From positions 1-64,000 of the IMG/VR virus record IMGVR_UViG_3300032282_001105: a stretch of DNA of 64,000 bases. One strand, given 5' to 3'. Source of the stretch: a virus. Below, piece after piece: positions 40,702 to 50,039 of this stretch. The stretch's first letter is position 1; the number at the start of each line of letters is the position of its first letter. A model generated the notes under the pieces. The model had not been told where the DNA came from. It worked only from the letters and a program-made list of their open reading frames with translations, and did no database searches. The position numbers and the translations under genes were made by a program.

Positions 40702-42258
40702 ATGGCATATACAATCAAAAAGAGTAATGGTACGACACTGACAACCATTGCTGATGGTACTATTAATACGACTAGTACTTCATTGGGCCTACCAGGCAGA
40801 AACTATGCAGGTTATGGTAACACATTAGACACAAACTTTGTACATCAATTAGAAAATTTTGCAAACACTGCACCTCCTGCAAACCCATTGACAGGTCAAT
40901 TATGGTATAATACTAATTCTAATACATTGTACGTATGCCCAACAGACGGTTTAACAGATGCAAATGCTTGGGTTACATTAGCAACTACTTCAGCAAATTC
41001 AACGACTACTTTTGGTGCAGTTCAGGTTACAGGTAACGTAACTGCTAATAATATTACTGCAAACAATACAGTTACTGGTGCAACAGGTGCTTTCACTAAT
41101 ATTTCAGTCACTTCTACCGCTAATATCGCATCAGGTACTGCAAACATCGGTACCGGTAACATCACTTCTTTATTCACAAATTCTATCAGCACAAGTTCAC
41201 AAGCAAATAATGGAACATTAACTGGTGTATGGACTGCTAATGGTGCAGGAACAGCTAACAGTGTAGCTGGTACAAGTATGTGGGTTACAGGTGGTAACCT
41301 TATGGTATCCTCTAGTGGTGCTTACAATTTTGGTCTTAAAATTGCAAATGCTAACTGCATCATGGATTTTAGCGGTAATCCTATCACGTTCAGTGGTAGT
41401 TATAATGATAGTAATGTTGCCGCATACTTACCAGTATTTGGGGGTAATATTCTTGCTAACACTGTTACCGCTACACGTATTTCGGGTAGAGCACAGCCTA
41501 GTGTTACTGCTGGGTCATTTGTTGTCGGTCAAGTGTATATTATTGCTACCATTGGTACTACTGACTTTACATTAATTGGCGCGGCATCCAACACATCTGG
41601 TGTACAGTTTACTGCTACGGGTATAGGTACAGGTACAGGTACAGCATACTCATTGTCTGCTGTTGCGGCAACTGCATTAGTTGCCGGTTATTCTTATCAA
41701 ATTGCAACCGTTGGCTCTGGCACTAACTGGACAAGTATAGGTGCATCATCTGGCGCGGTTGGGGTACAATTTACAGCTACTAGCGCCGGTACAGGCTCTG
41801 GGACAGCATACCCAATCAACTCGTTCTCGGGTATATGGGCACTGAGTGCAGGATCACGTTTAACTGCAACATACGCTGACTTAGCAGAACGATTTGAAGC
41901 TGATGCCTATTACGATGCTGGTACTGTTGTTGAACTTGGTGGAAATAATGAGATTACCGCAGTTCAATATGAATTAAGTGACGAAGTATTTGGGGTAGTA
42001 TCTGACACAGCAGCCTACTTAATGAATGCTGGAGCAGGTAATGACATAACGCATCCTCCAATTGCAGTTGGTGGTCGTGTAAAAGTTAAAGTTACAGGTA
42101 AAGTTAAAAAAGGCCAGCGTTTAGTAAGCGCCGGTAATGGTATGGCTCGTGCCGCAAATGCAGGTGAAGCCACATCATTCAATGTAATCGGTCGTGCTTT
42201 AGAAAATAAAACTACAGACGATTTAGGGGCCGTAGAAGCCTTTGTTAAAATAAATTAA
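40702..42258 (+). CDS. Tail fibre protein with C-terminal intramolecular-chaperone-like domain
   Basis: N-terminal MAYTI...L.L.GRNYAGYG...ENFA...P.NPL.GQLWY; Thr/Asn/Gly-rich shaft; C-terminal YADLAERFEAD...GTVV.LGG..EIT...GRVKVKV.G.V.KG..LVS. Confidence 0.75.
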   Translation: MAYTIKKSNGTTLTTIADGTINTTSTSLGLPGRNYAGYGNTLDTNFVHQLENFANTAPPANPLTGQLWYNTNSNTLYVCPTDGLTDANAWVTLATTSANSTTTFGAVQVTGNVTANNITANNTVTGATGAFTNISVTSTANIASGTANIGTGNITSLFTNSISTSSQANNGTLTGVWTANGAGTANSVAGTSMWVTGGNLMVSSSGAYNFGLKIANANCIMDFSGNPITFSGSYNDSNVAAYLPVFGGNILANTVTATRISGRAQPSVTAGSFVVGQVYIIATIGTTDFTLIGAASNTSGVQFTATGIGTGTGTAYSLSAVAATALVAGYSYQIATVGSGTNWTSIGASSGAVGVQFTATSAGTGSGTAYPINSFSGIWALSAGSRLTATYADLAERFEADAYYDAGTVVELGGNNEITAVQYELSDEVFGVVSDTAAYLMNAGAGNDITHPPIAVGGRVKVKVTGKVKKGQRLVSAGNGMARAANAGEATSFNVIGRALENKTTDDLGAVEAFVKIN

Positions 42259-42267
42259 GGAAAAGAA

Positions 42268-43218
42268 ATGAGTTACGCACAATACGGGACAATTCAAGCA
42301 TCAGACTACAACACGCTAGTTTACTCTGCGGGTACTACAGCGAATGCGCTTAACACAGTATGGTCTACTGGCAGTGCCGCATTTGGATATGGTCAAACAG
42401 CGGAGGCAAACGTTGCAATTGGCGATACTATCACAGCTAGTAAATGGTCTAATCTTGTTACTAAAACAGCAAACGCCGCAACACATCAAGGCTCAAGTAT
42501 TACTGCTGTCACAGCGCCTGCATCTGGTGGAACAATTACTTATTTGTCTGCTGTTCCTACAAACTTACAAACAATTTATACAAATAAGTTAAATGCTTCA
42601 ACACAAAGTAGTACTACATCAAATGCAGTAGTATCAGGTGCTACGTGGTCAAGCCTTGCAACATTCACTCATACAGCAACATTTGCGAATGGTGATGCGG
42701 CACGTTATTTCTTTAACTCAGGCGGTCAATTAGCAATTACAGTAGCAAATGCCAATAATACCGCAGGCATTAATTTGTTATTGAATAACTTATGTACCAA
42801 CGTTGGTACTGTTGTATTGAGTTCTGTTACTAGTGGTTCTGCAACTATTGCAGGTACATCATACAATGGTGTTACTAAAGTTGGTGGCGGTGGTAATGCC
42901 CCTACTGTGTCAACAAACAGCGGTTACTATGCTTGGACAACTAGTAATGCTAACGTGTTTACACAAACAGCAAGTACTGGTCCTGCAAGTTATTTAGGTA
43001 CATTTATCCGAGTTATTGTTAAAACTAATGGCCCGGTTGGTTCAAACGGTGACGTTGGTAACGTTGTTACTATCTATACAGTTTGGGATGAAATTCCAGA
43101 TGGTTTAACAGTTGGTACAGGATCTACAACTACATTAACTGTACGTCCACCAGAAGTTACTAATATCGCTAACACTTGGGGAACTATTTCTCTAGCTGGC
43201 TCAGTAACGCAAGCATAA
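42268..43218 (+). CDS. Thr/Ser/Gly-rich virion structural (tail/fibre-associated) protein
   Basis: I.ASDYN, GYGQ, ITA..W, F..GDAARYFFNSGGQL; position and composition. Confidence 0.6.
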   Translation: MSYAQYGTIQASDYNTLVYSAGTTANALNTVWSTGSAAFGYGQTAEANVAIGDTITASKWSNLVTKTANAATHQGSSITAVTAPASGGTITYLSAVPTNLQTIYTNKLNASTQSSTTSNAVVSGATWSSLATFTHTATFANGDAARYFFNSGGQLAITVANANNTAGINLLLNNLCTNVGTVVLSSVTSGSATIAGTSYNGVTKVGGGGNAPTVSTNSGYYAWTTSNANVFTQTASTGPASYLGTFIRVIVKTNGPVGSNGDVGNVVTIYTVWDEIPDGLTVGTGSTTTLTVRPPEVTNIANTWGTISLAGSVTQA

Positions 43219-43240
43219 TTTTTTGACATCTTGGTATCCA

Positions 43241-43248
43241 TCTAAATA
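43241..43248 (+). promoter_or_regulatory. Late-promoter-like TCTAAATA heading the modification cluster
   Basis: TAAATA core then AGGAG RBS, before the first gene of a ~20-kb near-gapless run. A TTGACA at 43223 lacks a well-spaced -10. Confidence 0.6.
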
Positions 43249-43265
43249 CTCTTAGGAGAACATAG

Positions 43266-43571
43266 ATGGATACCAAAACCTTACTTACTGAGGCGAAAGC
43301 TAGATTCAATCTCAACAGTGCAAAAGCACAATTAAAAGACAAATATGATGGCAAGCTTATTATTGCCAGTCAAGGTGGCTTGTGGAAAGCTGACCAACAA
43401 ACAATTAATTTCTTATCTAGTTTTGATACCGAAACTGTAATTTTAATAGATACTTTTGATAGTCCTGTAACTGTTGATAGAGTTGCATTATTAGATAAAT
43501 TGAAAAATTTATATTCCGATGTAATGACAGCTTGGCACGATGAATATAAAGAGATAGAGAATACACGATGA
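43266..43571 (+). CDS. Hypothetical protein (possibly tail-fibre assembly-like)
   Basis: AGGAG RBS, ATGA coupling to the next gene; no motif recognised. Confidence 0.7.
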   Translation: MDTKTLLTEAKARFNLNSAKAQLKDKYDGKLIIASQGGLWKADQQTINFLSSFDTETVILIDTFDSPVTVDRVALLDKLKNLYSDVMTAWHDEYKEIENTR

Positions 43572-44371
43572 GCAGAGGTGCAATATTATTTGCGTTCAAC
43601 TCACCTAAATTTGACTATTATAAAATGGCGGTTGCAACAGCAAAAAGAGTTAATCACTTTTTGGATATACCAGTCACTGTTGTGACTGACAAATCTTCTG
43701 TATCTAATGACCTGTATCAATTTGATAAAACAATATTAGTTGAACCCGATAAAAGCAATAATAGGGATTGGGGAATGTGGATTAATAAAGGGCGATATCA
43801 AGCATATGAATTAAGCCCATATGACGAAACACTATTACTTGATACTGACTATATGGTCAATTCAAATAAAACATTAGATATCTTTAATTATTATGATGAC
43901 TTCTCCTGTCACAATAAAACAAACTTTTTGATGCAACCGAGCTTACCGCAAGAAGTACTAAGCGTCTATAGCTTTGAAACATTGTGGGCAACCGTTGTTG
44001 CATTTAAAAAATCAAACCGTGCTAAACAGATATTTGATTGTTTGGAAATGATTCAAAAGAATTTCAATCATTATGCAGAGATACACGGTTTTGTGTCTGG
44101 TACATATAGAAATGATTATGCACTAACATTAGCATTAAGAATAGTTAACGGTCATTCTTCAATTAAAAGAGATTTCATTCCCTGGAATTTAGTTCATTTG
44201 GGACAACGAAATGTACATATCTATCGAAATAATGATGACGAATTCAATACAGAATATACCGTTACATATGATAATCATCAGCGTGGCAAAATTCGTAAAG
44301 AATACATTACTATTAAAGATTTCGATTTCCACGTAATGAATAAAGATAATTTTCTGGAGTTAATAGAATGA
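43568..44371 (+). CDS. GT-A fold glycosyltransferase-like protein
   Basis: YELSPYDETLLLDTDY (DxD), WATVVAFKKS, RNDYAL. Confidence 0.7.
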   Translation: MSRGAILFAFNSPKFDYYKMAVATAKRVNHFLDIPVTVVTDKSSVSNDLYQFDKTILVEPDKSNNRDWGMWINKGRYQAYELSPYDETLLLDTDYMVNSNKTLDIFNYYDDFSCHNKTNFLMQPSLPQEVLSVYSFETLWATVVAFKKSNRAKQIFDCLEMIQKNFNHYAEIHGFVSGTYRNDYALTLALRIVNGHSSIKRDFIPWNLVHLGQRNVHIYRNNDDEFNTEYTVTYDNHQRGKIRKEYITIKDFDFHVMNKDNFLELIE

Positions 44372-45141
44372 CAAGAGGCTTTGTAATTATGGCACAAAAC
44401 ACAGAAAAAACAGACTATGTTAAATGTGCTAAAGCTTTAGAACTAAGCATTAAACGTGTTATGCCAAATGCAAATGTAACTATCATAACAACAGATATGT
44501 TACCACACGGAGATGTTGTCCCTGATAGTGATTGGAAACTAGCTAACGATTGGCAAGTATATGAAGCAAGCCCGTATGATGAAACTATTAAACTAGAAGC
44601 AGATATGTTCATACCAAGAAATATTGAACATTGGTTTGATATTTTAAGTATACAGGACGTGGTGCTTTGTACAAAAATACGTAATTATAAAAGTGAGATA
44701 TCAACTAATCGGTCTTATAGAAAGTTCATAGATGATAACAATTTACCTGATGTATATAATGCAATTACATATTTTAAAAAATCAGAAACAGCAGAACAGT
44801 TTTTTAATACAGTAAGAAATATATTTGAAAATTGGGAAGACTATAAAACAATATTAAGATGCAAACCACAGGAAGAAGTATCTACTGATTGGGCATACGC
44901 TATAGCTAGTCATTTAATCGGTAGAGAAAAAACGACTCTTCCCAATTTTGATGAATTGTCAATGGTACATATGAAGCAGTATATTAATGGAACTAACACA
45001 GAAGATTGGACTGATACTTTAATATATGAATGTTTATCGGATGTTATTAGAGTAAACACATATACACAGATGTATCCATTCCACTATCATTCAAAGTCAT
45101 TTAGTGATAAAATACTAGAGAGGTACAAATGGAACACATAA
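44368..45141 (+). CDS. GT-A fold glycosyltransferase-like protein, paralog of the upstream gene
   Basis: YEASPYDETIKLEADM (ExD), YNAITYFKKS, TDWAYA, HMK. Confidence 0.65.
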   Translation: MTRGFVIMAQNTEKTDYVKCAKALELSIKRVMPNANVTIITTDMLPHGDVVPDSDWKLANDWQVYEASPYDETIKLEADMFIPRNIEHWFDILSIQDVVLCTKIRNYKSEISTNRSYRKFIDDNNLPDVYNAITYFKKSETAEQFFNTVRNIFENWEDYKTILRCKPQEEVSTDWAYAIASHLIGREKTTLPNFDELSMVHMKQYINGTNTEDWTDTLIYECLSDVIRVNTYTQMYPFHYHSKSFSDKILERYKWNT

Positions 45142-45461
45142 TTATATGGGAACCAAAACCGTTAGAAAAGCCTGAATTTAGATTATATTATGATGATAAA
45201 GGTAAGGCACTTTTTTATAGTTGTGAAAAACCTGAAGGCAATTACATTGTTATTGATGCTACAACGTATGCAATTGGTAAACCCGATGTAAGAGTCATTG
45301 ATGGAAAAATCTCAACAGTTACACCCGAAGCAGTTGTTTCAAAATTAATGCCAAGCGATGAAGGTGTTACCTGTACTGAAGAAGATATAAGTATAGTGGT
45401 TGATGATAACTATACAGAAAAAACTATTAAATGGAAATTAACTACATATGAACTCGGATGA
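45129..45461 (+). CDS. Hypothetical protein
   Basis: GAGG RBS, overlaps both neighbours. Confidence 0.65.
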   Translation: MEHIIIWEPKPLEKPEFRLYYDDKGKALFYSCEKPEGNYIVIDATTYAIGKPDVRVIDGKISTVTPEAVVSKLMPSDEGVTCTEEDISIVVDDNYTEKTIKWKLTTYELG

Positions 45462-46401
45462 TATTATTGATGTAGCAGATTTAGATTGCATTTATCTAAG
45501 CTACGATGAACCACAAAAAGAAGAATTCTGGCTTAAGATTAAACATATGGTGCCTTGGGCTAAACGTGTTGACAATGTTAAAGGTAGTGATGCCGCACAC
45601 AAAGCCGCAGGTGAAGCTAGTGATACTGAACGCTTCATTCTAATCGATGGCGATAATATGCCAGATGAATCATTCTTTAATATTCAACTTGATTTTACAG
45701 ATAAAGATGAGACATTCCGTAAAGCACAGTTTCGTTGGAAAGCAATTAACTCTATCAATGGATTACGCTATGGCAATGGTGGAATGAGTTCTTGGACAAA
45801 AACATATGTACGTGAAATGCAAACACACGAACATCAAACTGATGGTGATGAATCACGTATTGCTGATTTTTGCTTAGATAGCAAAGATAATTTGTATTGG
45901 GCAATGTATAACTGTTATTCAACAACGTATCCCAATCATACACCATTTCAAGCTTGGCGTGCAGGTTTCCGCGAAGGTGTGAAGATGAGTTTGAATCGCG
46001 GTCTACGTCCATCAGTAGATGAATTTAAAGAAACAGTAGCTACACGCAATCTAAACAATCTTACTGTTTGGCACAACATTGGGGCTGATGTTGAGAATGG
46101 TATGTGGGCTATATATGGTGCAAGACTTGGAACATATATGACTATGCTTACTGAATGGGATGTACATAATGTTCAATGGTTTGATAACTATATCACATTG
46201 TGGGAAGAACACGAACATAGAGATCCTGCAATTGAAGCCGAATTATTAGGCACAGCACTAAGCGATAAATTAGGTTTGCCTATGTGTATTCATAGCCCTG
46301 AACAAAGCAAATTCTTTAAGCGTCATTACAAGGCTGATTTTAAAAATAAAGATCCTCTTGTAACTGAAATGGATGTGATTCGTAGTATTGAGGGCTGGTG
46401 A
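45448..46401 (+). CDS. Glycosyltransferase-like protein (GT2-like, GT-A fold)
   Basis: YLSYDEP, RVDNVKGSDAAHKAA, FILIDGDN (DxD), NGLRYGNGG, PFQAWRAGFREGVK. Confidence 0.65.
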   Translation: MNSDDIIDVADLDCIYLSYDEPQKEEFWLKIKHMVPWAKRVDNVKGSDAAHKAAGEASDTERFILIDGDNMPDESFFNIQLDFTDKDETFRKAQFRWKAINSINGLRYGNGGMSSWTKTYVREMQTHEHQTDGDESRIADFCLDSKDNLYWAMYNCYSTTYPNHTPFQAWRAGFREGVKMSLNRGLRPSVDEFKETVATRNLNNLTVWHNIGADVENGMWAIYGARLGTYMTMLTEWDVHNVQWFDNYITLWEEHEHRDPAIEAELLGTALSDKLGLPMCIHSPEQSKFFKRHYKADFKNKDPLVTEMDVIRSIEGW

Positions 46402-47009
46402 TGGAATGGTATACTCACCACTCGGACAAATATACTGAATGGAATTTATATTTAAATTCGATAGAGAAATATTTTAATGTATGTAAAGATAACACTGTTT
46501 TAGAAATAGCACCGTTGTTTGGTACACATACTAATTTAATTAAACATCACGGTGCTAAACAAATTACATTTGTTGAAATAAATGACAATGCAGTAAATGC
46601 GGCATTACCCAACACGCATCCAGATTGTGAACTAATTATAGGTGATATATTTTCATACTTGTCAACTCCTAAAAAATTTGACGTAGTTGTGTGTTGCGGA
46701 TTACTTTATCATCTGCACTCTCCGTTATATCTATTAGAATTGATTGCAAATAACATAGCACCTAAATTTATTATGTTAGAAACTTTTCCTTATAATCACG
46801 AAAAGATGCACCACGCTTTAGTAAAAATTGAAGAAAATGAATCGTTACCTGATTGGAAAACGTGTGGTATTAAACTTGGTTTGGATCAAGAAATTTTTAT
46901 AATTGCTATGAAAAATTTAGGGTATAAGTTAATAACAAGTGATACTAATATTACTAAGCCATCAAATCCTGATGCTGATTTGTTTTTAGGAGTGTTTGAA
47001 AAAATATGA
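46398..47009 (+). CDS. Class I SAM-dependent methyltransferase
   Basis: VLEIAPLFG motif I, acidic residue in FVE, FDVVVCCGLLYHL..P. Confidence 0.85.
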   Translation: MMEWYTHHSDKYTEWNLYLNSIEKYFNVCKDNTVLEIAPLFGTHTNLIKHHGAKQITFVEINDNAVNAALPNTHPDCELIIGDIFSYLSTPKKFDVVVCCGLLYHLHSPLYLLELIANNIAPKFIMLETFPYNHEKMHHALVKIEENESLPDWKTCGIKLGLDQEIFIIAMKNLGYKLITSDTNITKPSNPDADLFLGVFEKI

Positions 47010-48571
47010 GCGGAGAATACGACCAATTTGCTAGAGATATGCGTGACCGCTTGAATGCGGTCAGTCCATCTTTGTGTCTTGCTAAATGGCAACAGGTAAG
47101 TTTGCATTTACCTAGCGGACTAACACAAAGTTGCTATCATCCACCGACACATAAAATTCCATTAGAATTATTAGAAAGTAAACCCAGTACATTACATAAT
47201 ACTCCTATTAAAATACAAGAACGTAAGGAGATGCTTGCAGGTAAACGTCCTAGTGGTTGTGCTTATTGTTGGAAAGTAGAAGATGCAAAAAGTGATGACC
47301 CAAACGGTCATTTAAGTGATAGACATTATCGTAGTAGCGAATGGTGGAATGCCCCAACATTTGAAGAAGTAACACAAAACTCATTTGACTATGACGTAAC
47401 ACCTAGATATGTAGAAGTTAATTTCAATCAGGCCTGCAACTTCAAGTGTATGTATTGTAGCCCCCATCTTTCTACTAGTTGGGAAGAAGAAATTAAAAAA
47501 CACGGTGGTTATCAATTAACCAATATGGTTCATAATAATATAGAAGCACTTGAAAAAAGTGGATTGATGCCACTTAAAGTAGCAAACAAAGACAATCCAT
47601 ATGTTGACGCTTTCTGGAAATGGTTCCCTGAAATCTATCGCAAACTACGTGTGTTTAGAATGACAGGTGGTGAACCACTTATGGACAAGAACACATTCAA
47701 AGTGTTAGATTACGTGAATGAAAATCCTCACGGTCAGCTTGAGTTATCCATCACAAGCAATATGTGCCCGCCCGATCAGAAGTTATTTGATAAGTTTGTT
47801 GAAAAAGTCAAAGCTATTGAAACATTACGCACATACGAAGATAAAGAAAACTTTAATGAATTCAGCGGCAATCATTGGTATGTAGATAAAGGATTCAAAC
47901 ACTTTTGGTTGTTTGTATCACTTGACGGATTTGGTGAACAAGCTGAATATATGCGTACTGGTTTAGAGTTTGACCGAATGTTAAACAATGTACGTACTTT
48001 CTTACGTGAGACAAAATATTCTACTGTGAGCTTTATCAACACATTTAACATAATGTCTATACCAAGCTTACATAAATTTTTAGCTATGGTCTTAGAATTA
48101 CGTGCAGAGTTTGGTGGAAGAAGTCAAGTTGAGTTTGAGATTGCACCCGATCAAACTGATACTGAAAAAGAAAATAACATTGTTCACAAAGTTTACAAAC
48201 AAAAGAAGTTTCAACGTGTATTTTTTGACATTCCAATCTTACGATATCCGCCGTGGTTCAGTATACAGAACAGTGGACAATATGGCATTGATGAAGTAGA
48301 ACGTTGTTTAAAATATATGGAAGACAATGTACAAGATGATGACTATTTGGAAACATTCGAGGGTTTTAAACCATATGAGATATTGAAAATTAAGCGAGAC
48401 CTTGCTATAATGAAAGAATCTCTACCCCAAGAACAATTGTTACTAAATAAGAAGAACTTCTATATGTTTATTACTGAATATGATAGACGTAGACAAACGA
48501 ATTTTATGGAAACATTCCCCGAATTAAAAGGATATTGGAGAGAATGTATCAAAGCACATACCAAACATTAA
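47006..48571 (+). CDS. Radical SAM enzyme 1 of 10, N-terminal Twitch-like domain (CxAKW subtype)
   Basis: CLAKW..SCYHPP..CAYCW; CNFKCMYC; TGGEP; SLDG; C-terminal YDRRR..NF.ETFPE. Confidence 0.92.
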   Translation: MSGEYDQFARDMRDRLNAVSPSLCLAKWQQVSLHLPSGLTQSCYHPPTHKIPLELLESKPSTLHNTPIKIQERKEMLAGKRPSGCAYCWKVEDAKSDDPNGHLSDRHYRSSEWWNAPTFEEVTQNSFDYDVTPRYVEVNFNQACNFKCMYCSPHLSTSWEEEIKKHGGYQLTNMVHNNIEALEKSGLMPLKVANKDNPYVDAFWKWFPEIYRKLRVFRMTGGEPLMDKNTFKVLDYVNENPHGQLELSITSNMCPPDQKLFDKFVEKVKAIETLRTYEDKENFNEFSGNHWYVDKGFKHFWLFVSLDGFGEQAEYMRTGLEFDRMLNNVRTFLRETKYSTVSFINTFNIMSIPSLHKFLAMVLELRAEFGGRSQVEFEIAPDQTDTEKENNIVHKVYKQKKFQRVFFDIPILRYPPWFSIQNSGQYGIDEVERCLKYMEDNVQDDDYLETFEGFKPYEILKIKRDLAIMKESLPQEQLLLNKKNFYMFITEYDRRRQTNFMETFPELKGYWRECIKAHTKH

Positions 48572-48572
48572 A

Positions 48573-50027
48573 ATGTCATCAAAAAAATATAACGAATCTT
48601 TTTCAGAATACAAAGCAAGATTAATTGACCCAGTAAGTGAAAGCTTTTGTGCCGCTAAATGGCTCAATGCTACTATCTGGTTGGGTAATGGTCAAACAAC
48701 AAGTTGTCATCATCCACCTGGCCATCAGATTAATGCAGCCGAATTAGCAACTAATCCTACAGCAATTCACAATACACAACATAAAAAACTTATGCGTGAG
48801 ATGATGCAAATTGGCAAGAGACCAAAAGAATGTGAATACTGTTGGAAAATTGAAGATATGGAACGCGGTGCAATGAGCGACCGTGTTTATAAAACTGCGG
48901 TATTTGATGAAGCTGATATTAACAAAGCGGCACATAGTGATTGGCAAGATAACACAATGTTAAAAACATTGGAGATCAGTTTTGACCGTACGTGCAATTT
49001 TGCTTGTAGTTATTGTAATCCAAGTTTTAGTACAACGTGGGTAAAAGATATTAACAAGTTTGGTCCCTACAAAAACCTCGAGGGTGATGCAAGAGACCAT
49101 TTTAATAATGCCGCCGAGTCTGCTAAGCCTATACCAGATGAACAGAATCCATATACACAGGCTTTTTGGAAGTGGTGGGAAATGCCAAATGGTTTAGCTG
49201 ATAACCTAGAAGAAATACGTATTACAGGTGGTGAGCCATTAATGGCACCAGGCGTATGGAAATTATTCGAATGGTTCAGAGACAATCAACAACGTGTAAT
49301 GAATAGACCTGATGGTAAAGTTATGCGTTTTGCTATCAATACTAACTTAGTACCTAGCGATGAGATTATGGATAGACTTATACAACTAAGTCACTATGTG
49401 CCCCATTTAGAAATCTATACTAGCTGTGAGAGTTTTGGCCAACACGCACAATATATTCGTGACGGATTTGATTGGAACAAATGGATTCACAATTTACAAA
49501 GACTTCATAAAGAAAGTAATGTGAAAAAGACACATATGATGATGACTGTTAACAGTCTATGTCTTGCTAGTATTGTGCCTTTTATGGATCAAATGATTAC
49601 ATTTAAACAATTATATGATTCAATGTTCCCTATAATGACACTTAACATTTTACGATTTCCTAGTTTTCAGAGTTGTGTAGTGTTACCGGATCACATTAGA
49701 GAAAAATATAGAAATGAATTACAAATTTGGTTGAACAATCAGATACAAATGAATCTTCATAATAGTAAAGGTGAGCCTTTATTATTACAAATGGAACGTG
49801 AACACGTGCAAAGATTGATTGATTATTTGGATGTAGTGAAAACACCACATAGATATATGTCAGATATTGAAGTAACACGTAGAGATTTTAAACAATTCTA
49901 TCATCAATATGATATTCGTAGAGGTAAGAATTTTAGAGCAACTTTCCCTCCTGAGTTTGTGCAATTTTATGATAGTATAGATGCACAATTGTCCCCACCA
50001 GAACAAATACTATCCGGTATTAATTAA
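48573..50027 (+). CDS. Radical SAM enzyme 2 of 10 (CxAKW subtype)
   Basis: CAAKW..SCHHPP..CEYCW; CNFACSYC; TGGEP. Confidence 0.92.
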   Translation: MSSKKYNESFSEYKARLIDPVSESFCAAKWLNATIWLGNGQTTSCHHPPGHQINAAELATNPTAIHNTQHKKLMREMMQIGKRPKECEYCWKIEDMERGAMSDRVYKTAVFDEADINKAAHSDWQDNTMLKTLEISFDRTCNFACSYCNPSFSTTWVKDINKFGPYKNLEGDARDHFNNAAESAKPIPDEQNPYTQAFWKWWEMPNGLADNLEEIRITGGEPLMAPGVWKLFEWFRDNQQRVMNRPDGKVMRFAINTNLVPSDEIMDRLIQLSHYVPHLEIYTSCESFGQHAQYIRDGFDWNKWIHNLQRLHKESNVKKTHMMMTVNSLCLASIVPFMDQMITFKQLYDSMFPIMTLNILRFPSFQSCVVLPDHIREKYRNELQIWLNNQIQMNLHNSKGEPLLLQMEREHVQRLIDYLDVVKTPHRYMSDIEVTRRDFKQFYHQYDIRRGKNFRATFPPEFVQFYDSIDAQLSPPEQILSGIN

Positions 50028-50039
50028 CAAGAGAAAATT

